DNA of 62,928 bases, filler included, from Neolecta irregularis DAH-3 (GCA_001929475.1; 18 parts of 18 records of this genome joined end to end with filler, not necessarily neighbours in it); one strand, 5' to 3'. Shown: positions 11,211 through 25,019, counted from the whole stretch's first letter. The notes: generated by a model from the letters alone, not told the origin. Program-made: numbers and translations.

Positions 11211-11435
11211 CGACGAATTAACTCTTGGGTACTTCGCCGAACCAGGTTATGTAAAGTTAACCAAACTTTCTGAACCTGGTATACTTTGCAGAACTCCTCA
11301 ATCCCTCAAGATAACTGATTGGCAGTCTCAGACAANNNNNNNNNNNNNNNNNNNNNNNNNNNNNNNNNNNNNNNNNNNNTTAATTAATTAANNNNNNNNN
11401 NNNNNNNNNNNNNNNNNNNNNNNNNNNNNNNNNNN

Positions 11436-13022
11436 CCTGGTCGTGAGGATCGTGATCCAGTATTCTTCTTGAAGTCAAATCGAGGGGAAATAACTTGACT
11501 GCTGGGATTAACAGGGGTTGTGATTGGTGTGAGGCCCAGAGTCTCAATGCTAGGCGGGGATTCGGACAGTGGTCTGGTTTGAATATCATTGGTATCTATC
11601 TTCGTGCCCTGTGGCATGTATACGTTTCGGTCAAGAGATAAATGGACAAATGACTGTGAGTTTTGAGGATCTATTTCATGGTGAAGGTTCGACTTATCAG
11701 CAAGGCGGGATGCGCTGCTTTGACTAATCGTAGATTCTGTGATAGATGTTACAAAACTTGCTTCACTTGACTTTTCCGACAGACGCTCTGCTTGTTCGTT
11801 GGAATGAAATATGCTGGGCGGTGTTTGTGATTCCTGCAAAATTCTAATCGTGTTTGGAAGTACTTCAGATAATAAGGATCCATTAATTACTGTTAAGTCT
11901 GAATTTGCATTACTGTCATTTTGTAGACGTTCAAGGTGTTCATGGTCTCTATTTGAATCGAGAATATTGGATGTTTCCGATTCATTCTCCCTTGAAGGAC
12001 TAGCCAATTGGGTCGTAGACCCGCTGGGCTCTTGGGTTTCCGTTACTTGTCGCATATCCCAAACCAAGGTTGATTCTGGGGTAGAAGAAAAATCCGGCAA
12101 AGCTGCTTTGGGAAGAAATACGTCTGGAGACATATTTTCAGGAGCTCTATTCTGCAAGGTAGGAATCGAAAGAGCAGGATCAATGTTGTCAATTGGCAAT
12201 GAACTCCCAACGTAATCATCGCTATTGTTAATATCTGAATGGTTTGGGTTTCCTGCATGAGTGTCAAAGGTAGGCTTCGATGAACTATACTGGCGAGTAG
12301 GTTGAGAATCACGACTGAACCTAATGGCTGAATCATCGTCTGGAAGATCTATGGTCGTGAAGTCCTGTTCTGCTTCCTCTCTCATGCTTTCTGTTTCACT
12401 TTCTTGTCTGTTGATAAAGACTGGTGCTTCGAAAGGTGTTTGATCTGTTTCCGTACTGTCAATGTTCGTTGAATAACGTGGCACTTCTAGTAACGTGTCC
12501 TCGAACTCAAAGTTGAAAATATCCTCAACAAACTGCCGCGGGTTTCGAAGTATCGATACAACTCCGGAAATTGCCGCTCGTCCATTATTCCAACCTTCGC
12601 GTACTTTTTCCTTTGCTTCGTTGGTTTTCACAGCAAATTCATCGTAAGATGAAATTACACTCTTCTGGAGATCGGTGATTAGACTGCCCCGGTTCGAAGG
12701 GTTGGAAGATGATATTCTAGATGTTAAGGATGGTTGAATAATTGTAGAAGTAGTAGAAGCATCATCTTGTTGGCGGTATAATACTAGATGGGAGTGAGGA
12801 AAATTCACATGAAGCTATAAAATAAATACCTGCGGAACTGCGTTTCCCATCATCCGCAAGTAAGTCCAAACTTTTGTAATCTATCTTCGTTCACATAACA
12901 TACTCAAACATCGTGGCTATACCAGAATATACCGAGGAAGTGGCAGAAGCTTTCGGTTCCTCTTGAAGGACGGGTGTTCCAAGGGTTCCAGTAAGAATCA
13001 GCACAATTGTGACTATCCTCAT
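11436..13022 (-). CDS. Orphan secreted Ser/Thr/acidic-rich protein, spliced, 3' end cut by the gap
   Basis: Signal peptide MRIVTIVLILTGTLG/TP at 13022; long open exon 11436-12808. Confidence 0.65.
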
Positions 13023-13874
13023 CGTAACTGCCTCCTTGAAGAAGAAAGTGGGTTTAAAAGTATTTTTGCTCCGCAATATAACGATCTTCTGGGACAAATT
13101 GACATGAGACAAAAATCTAATCTTATTTCATCTAATGCTCTGGCATTCGATAACCTAGAAGCAACTCAAGTCGCTCAAATTTAGACACCCGTGGCTCAGT
13201 TATTTGGAGGTAATTTTCTCCCATCAAGATTCTCTCAGAAAGGGAAATGGTCGTTAGGAAATGGAATTGTGGTAGTCTTGATGTCTGTGTATGCTTCAAT
13301 TTTAAGATCGTAGTCAGAGAGACGAGATTGGATTTCCAAAATTATGATCTTGATGTAGGATAAGCAATTTTCTGGTCTCGGAAAAGTTTTAATCCCAAAT
13401 AGACCTAAACGCCTTTAGAGAGAGGACGCTCATCCCTATTCGATGAGGGGTTATAAGAGAATCCAGTTTCTGGGTGTTTTGCAACATGTACGTACTTCTT
13501 CTCTGGTGATCATGAATTAATCCTTAACTTTTGGTTTAGAAGTCAGTATTGAATCAGATATATTAAGATATTAATACCTCGGTATATAAAATATGACAGG
13601 ATATAACGAATGTGGCTTGGCAGGGTGTTCATAAGGCGGATTCGCTATATCTTAATAACTCGATTCAGCCATTTCTATCTTGATGATGTATATGATATAT
13701 ATGATGTTTTTGAACGCGCCTACCACGACTACGAGAGAAAGTCCCAACATCATGTATTTTATTACAACATGACCGGAAGTTATCCAATGAATTCGCTTTG
13801 GAATCTCTTGTTGCGATTCAAAAAGTGGTAGCTGCGCCGAATCCTACTGCTTGGATATTGAGGTTGCATCGACT

Positions 13875-13980
13875 CAGTGTTGTGGACGGGTCATGGGCTT
13901 AGTCCGGCCCATGAAAAGCCCATGGGCAGGGCCCAAAAAATAGCCCGACCCATTGGCTCACGGGCCAAGATGGGCTTGTT
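13875..13980 (+). mobile_element. hAT-like MITE left end (CAGTGTTG, GGCCCA repeats)
   Basis: CAGTGTTGTGGACGGGTCATGGGC..., related to 60309 and the reverse complement of 58911. Confidence 0.7.
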
Positions 13981-14974
13981 CTCTAACCCTAATAATCACT
14001 TTGAGTTGGAGATGAAATTGAATTGCCTGCTGAGCAAGTTCATTAGTTGATTTCAGATTACATGTATATATAATTGAATTTATTCATCTTGATAAGTTAT
14101 TCACGCGCCTCGCCCGCCCATCTCGCCTCGCCCACCCGTCTGGCCTACCTCTCCCGTCCCGCCTGTCCCTCCCGCCTCTCCCGCCTCGCGCCCGTCTCCT
14201 CGCTCTCCCGCCCGTTCCGCCCGCCTCGCCCGCCCGCCTCTCCCATCTCCCGCCTCGCCCGCCCGTCTCGCGCGCCTGGCGCGTCTCTCCCACCTCGCGC
14301 CCCATCNNNNNNNNNNNNNNNNNNNNNNNNNNNNNNNNNNNNNNNNNNNNTTAATTAATTAANNNNNNNNNNNNNNNNNNNNNNNNNNNNNNNNNNNNNN
14401 NNNNNNCAACTACCAACATCACATTTCAAAACGTTACAGCGGCTCCCGTAAACTCTCCGGAACAATGGCAGATGTCTGGATGCCAGGACATGATGATCTT
14501 TAATTCCAAGTATGAACCTTTCCTTCGCAAGGACATTGTTGTCAACAAGCGACTCAGGCTCTAATACTGCGACCTCCTGAGATGGTTGTGCTAAAAGGTC
14601 TTAGATATATGTGTATTTTTCCATCTGATTGCATACATTAAGTAGTCGTTTTTGAAATTCATAAACATTTGATATTGTCCTCAGTTATACTGCGATGATT
14701 TGCACCACCATTGCTTAACAACAAGGACCCGGAAGCGGTGTTTCCCTCGAAAGGCCCACGCAGCACTCTGTGGCGTGCAGCGAAAGCGCGCGCCGCCTTG
14801 GACCAAGGCTGGCGATTTGCAGCACGGATGCTCGCGGCGCAACCTCGCGTGGCGTTTACATTCCTGCCAGGCGTTAAAGCCGCCCAGCGAGACGGCGAGG
14901 CAGGCCCAACACTCACGCTCGTTGGCTGTTTCCCGCCCTCGTTCCTTACCCAAGTCCGTCTTTCGCCCTGTGCA

Positions 14975-15455
14975 ATGCGTTGTGCTGCTGCCATCGCGGC
15001 ATTCGCCTTTTTTGTCTCTGTCTCTGCGCAGACTAGCACCTACAGTGTGCTGCTCCCACACCTGCACACAACCTGACAGCCACAGTGATCGAGGCCCGCC
15101 CTGTTATACCTGGCCCTAGTACTTGGGTTCTCGACTACTTCCTTCATGATCCTGCGCTGCTCCAACCTGTTGATGGACCGTTTACAATTGGCAACTTCGT
15201 TCTCGGCGATGGCGCTCTTTACGACCTGAATTACGCAGCGCTCGGCATCGGGTTAACATCCGGTCTCATGTTCTATGAATATCCCAACACAGCATCTGCT
15301 ACCAAATACCAGAATTTCACCATTGACAACAGCGGACTCTTGACCTTCATCAACAACGGCTATACCTTCTATCAATGTGGACCTGGCCTGATATTCTCCC
15401 TACAAGTTTTAGTCCCAGGAGGTGGTGTTCCTCCTGCCTGTCCCCAGGTGAATCT
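14975..15455 (+). CDS. Secreted cell-wall-protein-like (PhiA/Cwp1-like fold), one intron, truncated
   Basis: Signal peptide MRCAAAIAAFAFFVSVSA; FTIDNSGLLTF...FYQC motif. Confidence 0.6.
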
Positions 15456-15555
15456 NNNNNNNNNNNNNNNNNNNNNNNNNNNNNNNNNNNNNNNNNNNNT
15501 TAATTAATTAANNNNNNNNNNNNNNNNNNNNNNNNNNNNNNNNNNNNNNNNNNNN

Positions 15556-15840
15556 GTACGGGGTACACTCACCGCGATAGAGACTCATCTTTCAGAGTCA
15601 TTTGGGGTACAAACTAGTTCTGAGGGACACGAGGATCTCGTTGATTTAGATCCGTCGTATATATATCCTGTATTACTACGCGCGACGGACGGGAAGAAAT
15701 TCAAGGTATCGACGCTTGTCGAGGATGGTGAGTTGGAAGGCTTTTTCCAAAAGTACGCCGAGGTGTGTAAATTGGGGATGAAGAGCCTGAAGAAGAAGGA
15801 AAGGAAGAAGACAAAAGCAAAAGGGAAAAAGAAGAGTTGA
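15556..15840 (+). CDS. SRP14: Signal recognition particle 14 kDa subunit, 3' part
   Basis: YPVLLRATDGKKFKVSTLV...FFQKYAEVCKLGMKSLKKKERKK. Confidence 0.88.
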   Translation, partial: VRGTLTAIETHLSESFGVQTSSEGHEDLVDLDPSYIYPVLLRATDGKKFKVSTLVEDGELEGFFQKYAEVCKLGMKSLKKKERKKTKAKGKKKS

Positions 15841-15937
15841 TGGCTAGAATCTAGTATTGATATATATAAGGGAGTTGTCTGTTGATTTTCCCTTCCCCAA
15901 CTCCAGCTCCATCTCCACCGCCAAACCACAACACAAG

Positions 15938-18268
15938 ATGCCCGCTCCATCCGACCGGCGTGTCCAAAAAGCCATGCAATCAATTCTAGATGCAATGTAC
16001 GACGCGCGAGATAAAAAGTATGGGCATCTTGACAACTTTTGGCTTACACCCAGAGATCAAGCGATTTCAGGCATCTTTGAAGATCTTCCCGATCGAAAAC
16101 ATTTTCCTGATTATTACGACCTGGTAAAACGGCCCATGTCATTAAATATTATTCAAGAGAACATCAAGAAGAATCTCTACTCAGGATTTACCGAATTCGT
16201 TCAAGATTGTTCGCAAATCGCATATAATGCGAAACTGTATAATCGGCGGAATAGTCTGATTTACCAACATGCTTGTATACTTGAAGATACTTTTCGCAAG
16301 GATATAGATGATTTGATGAAGGCGGGGACTATTGGAGATATCGAAGTTCCAATGAAGACAGAGTCTAATCCTGGATCGCCTGGTGGTGGAAGTGATAACG
16401 GCGACGATAAATCGGAAGATGATGATGTTTCTGATGGGGCTAAAAGTGAGTATGACCCTGAAGATGTACCTGTTAGTGGCGTGGGTACCGGGGGCAAAGT
16501 AAAAACCGGCGGTGTTGGTGCGAGTCAAAAGGCTCTCGAGACAGAAGACGACAAGAAGAAGCGGTATCGTCCGGACTTGATGGATTTGAAAAGGCGGAGG
16601 GGACGACCGCCTAAAGTGGATACCCCGAACGAGGCAAAGATTAAAGTTGTTTTGAGGGGATTGAGAAAGGAAAAGTCTAAAGAGTATGAGTGATTTTTGC
16701 AGCCATATTTAATTATAGTGGGAGAATACTTTTCCAGCCGTTTGAACGGTTGCCGGATGTTAAGCAGTATCCAGATTATTATCGGGATATCAAGGACCCT
16801 ATTAGTCTTGATCAAGTCAAGGTGGGCTGAGATATTATGCCTGTGCTGATTTTGTAGAAAAGGCTCAAGCGGAGAGAATACAAGAACCTTGATTCGTTTC
16901 AAGCTGATATGGATCTTATGTTTACGAATGCGCAAAAGTTTAATACCGAGGGTAGTGAGATTTACAAGGACTCCGTTGTGTTGCAGGTATTTTGCACGAC
17001 AGTGTGGATCTGATCTGTAGAAACTGTGCCATCGGAATATTGAGATTGAGCGGCAAAAGGATGACTCGGAGTATATTACTGGACCGTCGTCTGTGGATAT
17101 GCAAGATTCGCAGACGCCTGGCCGGATGCTCAAGATGAGCCGGCTGCCGTTGGAGTCTATAGAGCATAAAGGAGAGGTGTACCGAGTTGGTGACTGGGTG
17201 CACATTGTGAATCCAAACGACAACACCAAGCCGATTATTGCGCAGGTTTTTCGAACGTGGAAGACGACTGAGGGGCAAAAGTGGATCAATGTGTGCTGGT
17301 ACTATCGGCCTGAACAGACTGTGCACCGCGCAGACAAGTCGTTTTTTGAAAATGAGGTGTTCAAGACGGGACAGTACCGGGACCATCAGATTGAAGAGGT
17401 GGTTGAAAAGTGTTTTGTGATGTTTCTTTCACGGTATACGCGGGGACGACCCAAAAACGTGGGCAACATCACAAGCATCTACGTGTGCGAGAACCGGTAC
17501 AATGAAGAAAACAAGTACTTTAACAAGATCAAGAGCTGGAAGTCGTGTGTGCCGGATGAAGTGCGGGGCACAGATTATGAAATGTTTCTGTTTGAGCGGC
17601 AACAGTTTCCACTGCGGGTTCCGAGTCCGCTGATCCCGCTGCTTCCTGCTGGTGCAAAAGAAGGAGATCCTCCAACGGAGATGCAGCGAGGAAAAGAAAA
17701 TGCACCTCCAACAGTCGGGTCGATTATTCCATGTCCTATTCCTGATCCGTCCACTCTCAACCAGGCACAAGCCGAACCTTCACCGCCGCCATGCACGCCG
17801 GCTCCAGCACCAGTCCAGCCAGCGATGAAGTTTCCACCTGCGCATTTGCAGATGCAGCATGGCGGAGGAATGCAGTTTGGGCAGCAGGCGGCGGTCGCGA
17901 GAGCTGCTTCTAATCCGCAGACATACCAGCCTGCAATTCCGCCGTGTGCGTTTATCCTGCCGCAGAATCTGGGAATGTCTGAGGAGGAATCAAAATGGTT
18001 TTTGCGGGACGAGCAGGGGCGGGTGCTGTGGTTTTCGACGCCACCTGTCGATCCCGTGGGTCCGGCCTCGCGGATTCTGGGACATTCGCTCGAGTATCTG
18101 GCAGCGAAGAAGGAGATTGAAGAGAAGAAGAAGCGCAAGGCGCGGGAGGAGGCTGATCTGGGTGAGCGCAAGGTGAAGAGGGAGATTGGCAGAGATGAGG
18201 CGATGTTGTTTCTGGTCAAGGCTTTGGGTGTGATGAGTGGGAATCAAGGAGGATATCGACAGGAGTAG
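15938..18268 (+). CDS. RSC1: RSC chromatin-remodelling subunit Rsc1/Rsc2 (bromo, AT-hook, bromo, BAH), 3 introns
   Basis: LPDRKHFPDYYDLVKRPMSL, KRRRGRPPK, YPDYYRDIKDPISL, BAH WYYRPEQTVH, VLWFSTPP. Confidence 0.93.
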
Positions 18269-18707
18269 AAGGTGAGATAATAATATTGAGGTGAGATAAT
18301 AATAAAGATCATCCCGCGGATGCCCCTGATACAGGTTTATCATTCCATCTGTCCATGGCATCAAGCGATGCTCCAGATGCTGCAGATGCTTTAAATGCTT
18401 CAGACCCTCTAGATGCTTCAAATTTTGGACATGCCTTTCTGTTCCCCCAGAGTCCATACCCTGAGGTAGGCACGGTTTTATCCTGCTAAACGCAGGTCAC
18501 AGCAGCTGTCTCCAACATTGACGACCCATCGATTCCTGCAGGCACAGTCCAGATGTAGACGCATGGTCTGTTTATCACGGTCGCTGGATCGGCGATGAAC
18601 ATTCTGCNNNNNNNNNNNNNNNNNNNNNNNNNNNNNNNNNNNNNNNNNNNNTTAATTAATTAANNNNNNNNNNNNNNNNNNNNNNNNNNNNNNNNNNNNN
18701 NNNNNNN

Positions 18708-19643
<936 letters not shown>

Positions 19644-20492
19644 ATGTTGATCTGAAGGCTGTTGGTAAAGGAAAGTTTCGGTATAAAAAGAAGAATACAT
19701 GTTGTTGAATAAAGTTAGGAAAGATATAAGATGATCATACAAAGTGATTTTACTGTTAATTGCGTTTCTTGGTTTGTCTTCGCCGTCGGCCAGCAGCTCT
19801 TTCAGCCTCTCTGACAACTCGACCACCGTCCCAAATTGTCGCACTAGAATCCTTTTCACTTGAAGTTTGCTCCTGTTCAACCCGCCGCCTGCCAGGACGA
19901 CATCCAGTCTGATCCGCGGGTCCTCCTTGACAGACACCCACCAGCCGTATTTCCATCCGCCCGCGTCGTACTATACCCCGCCCAGCAGCAGTACATCCCC
20001 TACCAGAGCCATCGCCGCACTGCACCCCAAGACCTAGGGATACTCTTGGGCTCCGCAGGGCTAAGTTGAGGTAGGCACTGATACGATTTCGCCTATAGGG
20101 CATGAAGTGTAACAAAAGACACAAGAGTCTCATAGTAAAAGACGGTTTTATAGATGGTTTATAGAAAGATTCACCCCCAGCGGTAAGCAGCACAGAAGCT
20201 CAACAAATCGCTGGTAATCGGCAAATCCAACAGGAGCCGGTTGTAGTGGTACCTCGGCAGAATCTTTGTCTTTTCTTAAAAGCCAGAGTTTGTCATCCGA
20301 ATTACCAGAACTAAGACCAATATTTTGCATGGGATTCTGGAGAGTGGACAGCCGGAAGATCTGGGGTTGAGGGCGCTTCAGACAGATAGCTGGTTGAGGA
20401 CGAATCGGACAGATCCTGGGTTGGATACAATCCAGGCATATCCTTTGTTCGATGTGCATCAGATGCAACCCTTTTATGTGAGTTTTCAAGTA

Positions 20493-21295
20493 TTATAGAT
20501 ACATATACGCAAATTGTCCAAAGTACGAAATGAGCCGGGAGTTTTCATTGTGAAATTGTCGATCTTCAGTTGTGAAATAGCTGGGTATTTCGGAAAGTAT
20601 CAAGCAGTGCGAGAGAGCGAACCACGGATCTAACTGTGCCTGAATATTGTCCCTTGACAACTGAAAAGCACCACAACCATCTACGTGTTAGTAAATCTTG
20701 CGGGGTTGCGTGCTTCTTACATCTATCAAGACAAGCTTGAGCACAAGAATCATGATCATAAGAATCCTGAATTTCGAACAATCCAGACTTTAAAGCTTCC
20801 TGTTCGTCTTTGGACACCACCACAAGCTGCTCAGTGGGAATAATTTCGAAAAGGTCTTTAAGTATCAATTGACCAATGATAGAATCTGTCATAATATCCT
20901 GGGAAAGCTTATATTGCGCAACATATTGCAGTTCTTTAGCCAACAGATAGCCATCAGGGCTCTGATGACAATCAGGAACGTTTGATAATAACTGACAATA
21001 AAAGGTTTGGAACCATGGAGTTGGCTGATTGAAGGTTTTGAATATTTGGAAAGCTTTGCAAGATTCTGGACGATATCAGTGAAGTGTCTCGAATGGAAAT
21101 GGTACTAGTTTTCAGACACAATTGAGCACAGCAATCATGATCTTCTGCTCCCTGCCTAAGCCTAAAATTTTCAAGAACCGCAAGGTTACTGGAGGAAAGA
21201 AGAGTAAGAGATTCTTCATGAACAAAGTGGTCTTGTAGAAAGTGGGCTCCAGCTATCGAAATAACGGCATAAAAGAACAAGAAGACGTGACCCAT
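20493..21295 (-). CDS. Secreted protein with two PAN/Apple-like Cys modules (spliced; may extend to about 20310)
   Basis: Signal peptide MGHVFLFFYAVISIAGA; after removing two GT-AG introns: DHDCCAQLCLKTKSCKAFQ...PWF...CQLLS and DHDSCAQACLDRYGCGAFQ...PWF...CLILS. Confidence 0.72.
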
Positions 21296-21924
21296 TGTGA
21301 GTTAGATATGTTGATCTTTTTCGTCACTCGGGTAGGCTTAGATAGGCTAGTTGTCGTATAGCTTTAGACAATTACTTTTATGGACCCGTTTATCGGGACA
21401 AGCTGTCTTTATATAGTACTTACTGTGGCGTTATTTTTTCCTGTTCATTGGCCCCATGACGGATACCAAGTTTCATTCTTCTGTCTTATTGCATCGAGTC
21501 CTCTATACCCATTCGCAGCATCCAATACGGATCGCTCGTTAATGACATAGAGCTGTCTATCACCATCCGTATTTGTTGGCGGTTGGGGGTGTCCCGAGAC
21601 TACCTACAGCATTGTTTAGTGTCTGCGGAGAGAATTCATGACAAGGGCATGCCCATTTAATGCGTACTGGGTCAAACATGTTCCACCTATGGCTGTCAGT
21701 TTGACTACGGAATAGGGCTTGATAGTTGAGACTGCTTTTTCCAGAGATTAATCTGAGACATAATTTTGGAATTGCAAGATACGTACCTGGCATCTCCAGG
21801 TCCAAAACACGTCGATCTGGGATAACTTCGGAGCTGAAAGACAATTAAAAGGGAATCAGAACGGTGCAGTTTCTCCTTTCTCTTGCTTTCTAGTCTCAAC
21901 TTTTAGACTCGGAGACATCTCTTA

Positions 21925-22030
21925 GGACCAGACTTGCTTGCTTGCATATTTCAGGCCTTTGAACTGGCTAGCTTGGACTTACTTGCTATTTTACTTGCAA
22001 TTCTGGACTTGCTTGTCTGGACTTGCTAGA
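21925..22030. mobile_element. GCAAGT/ACTTGC-repeat element (other copies 24385-24527, 35091-35221, 58147-58255, 60735-60835)
   Basis: Shared GACTTGCTTGC..CATATTTCAGGCCTTTG..CTTGGACTTACTTGCTATTTTACTTGCAA; the 35221 copy ends in reverse-complement CAGGTGGGAAC. Confidence 0.8.
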
Positions 22031-22042
22031 TAAATATTTTTA

Positions 22043-22075
22043 CAGTGTGTCCACCCGCCCGCCCGACCCCGCCGG
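22043..22075 (+). mobile_element. CAGTGTGTCC MITE end (opposite-orientation ends finish at 22284 and 27590; another start at 62865)
   Basis: CAGTGTGTCCACCCGCCCGCCCGA versus GGGCGGGCGG..GGACACACTG. Confidence 0.75.
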
Positions 22076-22083
22076 AGACCCTC

Positions 22084-22148
22084 TGTAAGGATATACCCAG
22101 TCGGTATACCTTACCAATACAGTAATCAGGCGTTGGTGGAATAAGTAG
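22084..22148 (+). mobile_element. Partial LTR, same family as 35353-35544
   Basis: TGTAAGGATATACCC..TCGGTATACCTTACCAATACAGTAATCAGGCGTTGGTGGAATAAG. Confidence 0.88.
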
Positions 22149-22899
22149 NNNNNNNNNNNNNNNNNNNNNNNNNNNNNNNNNNNNNNNNNNNNTTAATTAA
22201 TTAANNNNNNNNNNNNNNNNNNNNNNNNNNNNNNNNNNNNNNNNNNNNGTTATAAAAAAATCGGGCGGGCGGTTGGACACACTGACCAGTCACCCTCAAT
22301 AAAGCTTGCTTCACAATTGCCTATCGTCACACAAGATCTCGTGTCTGTAAATCCATGCTCTCAAGAGAGAGATCACAACCCTTCGACTGCATGAAAATCA
22401 AAATTTCTACTGTGGCATTTGTCAAGAGGCAGCAGGTCACTCAGGTAATTGACTTAACCCCACCATATTCGGCAGAAGACCAAGCAGTAATCAGCGGTTC
22501 GTACCAATGAATGACAAATTAAAAAGAATTGAATATGAAATAACGAAGATGATAATATGGATCGGAAAGTATCGGGAGAATGTTCCACTTGATTAATTTG
22601 TGCTTTTGGCTTAATATAAAACCGCTAGAACACCTATAGGAATAATCTGTTCATGAACACGAATTTAACATAACCTGAACCATCCATTTTTTATCGCTAT
22701 TCTATACAGCTATTCAGATATATTTGTCAAATTTTCAGCGCTCTCGTCGATTCAAGAAGATAATTGATCGTAGGGAGTTCTTGGACTGTACGTCACACCA
22801 TCAAACTAAATTTCTTGCTGACATGGCCTCATATTCATGCAAATATCTGCCTCTCTTCGGTTCCTGCTTATCTTGGAGAAAAGAAGATTGGTAGGCTGT

Positions 22900-23600
22900 T
22901 TTCAGACTTGCAAGAGAAATTGATGGAGTCAGGACAAATTCTGATGATACCGTGCGAGGAGGGACCTCCTATGTAAATTCTCTTCACTATCAACCAAGGT
23001 AACAAATAGTCCAAACTTTTGGTTTCATCCGAATATAACTCGGTTACGTTTGCGGGAAAGCTAGACTGTAAACTACTTGGAGCAGCCTTCGCATCTCAAA
23101 GAACGACTTCGACAACTCAGAAATGGGATCTATGTGAATATGACGGGATAAAAATAACGCTACGGGCAGGGGATGGTAGCTTTCTAGTTACTCAAGCCTT
23201 AAACTAAAAGAAACAGGGAAAATGTATACGCTTAATATCAAGACAGATATTCCTCCGCATACCCCAGATGGCCGAGATCAATCCTCCCTGCAGTATTCCT
23301 TTGACTTTATTGCGGATGATTCGAAGGAAGAACAAGTTATTTATGCCCTGTTTGAAAGATTTATTCCTTCATATCGTGGACGTAAGCAGGAAGGTGCTCC
23401 ACCATTGAATCGCGCAAACATCCGACGCTGGAGTATCATGATTCGAAGGTATTCATTAAAAAATTGAATGGATATTGATGGCCCGTAGTTTTTTCGGCAA
23501 GCAAGAAGGAGACTTTTGCCTGGTTCTGGACAACCTTAGTGCATTTGAAAAAAGGAAATCAAACCAGGATAGGCCGTGTGGTCTTTGCCTACTCCAGTAA
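22900..23600 (+). CDS. CIA30-domain (complex I intermediate-associated protein 30-like) protein, spliced; ends approximate
   Basis: SDDTVRGGTS, AFASQRT, WDLCEYDGI, GDG.MYTL, FIPSYRG, SIMIRSFFGKQEGDF. Confidence 0.8.
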
Positions 23601-24885
23601 TTCTATATTCAATTCTATGAAGTAGATATAATTGAAGTATTTCACCCCTAGATTTTTTTCAGAATCCACCAGTTATTTAGCTGCCCGACTATATGGCCCA
23701 TTGGCTTCTTGCGCTCATTCGAAGCACAATGTGTCCTTGAGACCCACCTCCTAATGCAGGCTCCCAATCAGTGACTGAATGATAAAGTCTGAATTTGTCT
23801 GTAGGATATTTTATGTAGATAGTTCATTGGATTCGAACTTTTCACGTAGTAGCGGACAATTGTGGTCTATGAGAAATATTTCCAAGTGTTCTGGCATTCA
23901 TTCATAGTTGTGGGGATTCCCGGAACCCCCACAGCCACCAGAGACGGATGACCACCGCCACCGGCAAACGAACCAAGGACATCCTCAAAGCGCGATCGAC
24001 CCCTCCATCCACAAGTAGAGCTAGGAAGCTCAATAAGGATGTTAGCCGATTCCCTATCAATGGGGGGGCATACCATTGACCCGCGATCGGGCGCGATGTC
24101 CGCAAGAGGCGCGCGGCTGCTCAAAGAGCAAGTCAATCTCGTCATTGACAAACAGAGCAGCGATATCCTCACGGCGCGATCGATCGAATACCCCGCAAGA
24201 AGAGCTAGGGAGCTCAATGGGAGATGTGCGGAACGGATGAGGCTCTGTAGAGAAGGAGCGAATAGGCACAGCGAAGCGCGCCTCNNNNNNNNNNNNNNNN
24301 NNNNNNNNNNNNNNNNNNNNNNNNNNNNTTAATTAATTAANNNNNNNNNNNNNNNNNNNNNNNNNNNNNNNNNNNNNNNNNNNNAACAGTCAAGTCTATT
24401 CAAGTCCAAACAAGCAAGTCTAAATTTTGGACTTGCTTACTTGCTTATTTATGCCCGCCGGACTTGCTTGCTTATAAGCAAGTAAGCAAGCAAGTCTGAC
24501 TTGAACGACTTACTTGTTAGCAAGTCTGACGGCGGTGGGGTGGACGATTATATTTTGAGAATTTGCGGATATACCGATATATTCTCACTTGTGACAATCC
24601 TTTGTTGATAGTTGTAATACACTTTCCAAAAGGACGATGCAGAATTTGTTTTTGGCATAGGACTTTGGACATGTCTCTTCGTCTCTGGAAATACATTTGG
24701 TTGTGGAGCACATCTAGAACTGATTGGGTTTAGGTTTCTTCCCAAAACAAATTCCGGAGTATCATCAAATGTTACTAAAGGAAGAAATGTCGCCGCTTGA
24801 AATTGTTTCGATATATGGGTAAACCGTGGGAACTGTATGTATTTGATTCGAGGATATTGCTCGATGGTCCTTACGAAACCTGGTT

Positions 24886-24906
24886 CCTAACCCTAACCCT
24901 AACCCT
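24886..24906 (-). repeat. Interstitial (TTAGGG)n telomere-type repeat; shorter runs at 61382-61396 and 62496-62510
   Basis: CCTAACCCTAACCCTAACCCT. Confidence 0.7.
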
Positions 24907-25019
24907 GTGTTTTTTCTATTTTGCTATCACGACATAACGAATCCGCCTTATAACAAACTGAACATCCTGCCACATTCGCTATAACCGGGATCGATTTCTC
25001 GCGGAGGGCGACGAATGGC

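Noticed and set aside
9475-11391. 638-aa Pro/Ser-rich ORF and overlapping ORFs
   Set aside because: Low-complexity repeat that is stop-poor in nearly all frames; no signal peptide or domain
19700-20070. GC-rich coding-like stretch downstream of enolase
   Set aside because: Could not be assigned to a family or given a start
23829-23842. Reverse-strand GTTCGAATCC resembling a tRNA T-loop
   Set aside because: No cloverleaf or A-box found around it
23920-24284. GC-rich ORF running into the gap
   Set aside because: Too short and unassignable; possibly the edge of a repeat
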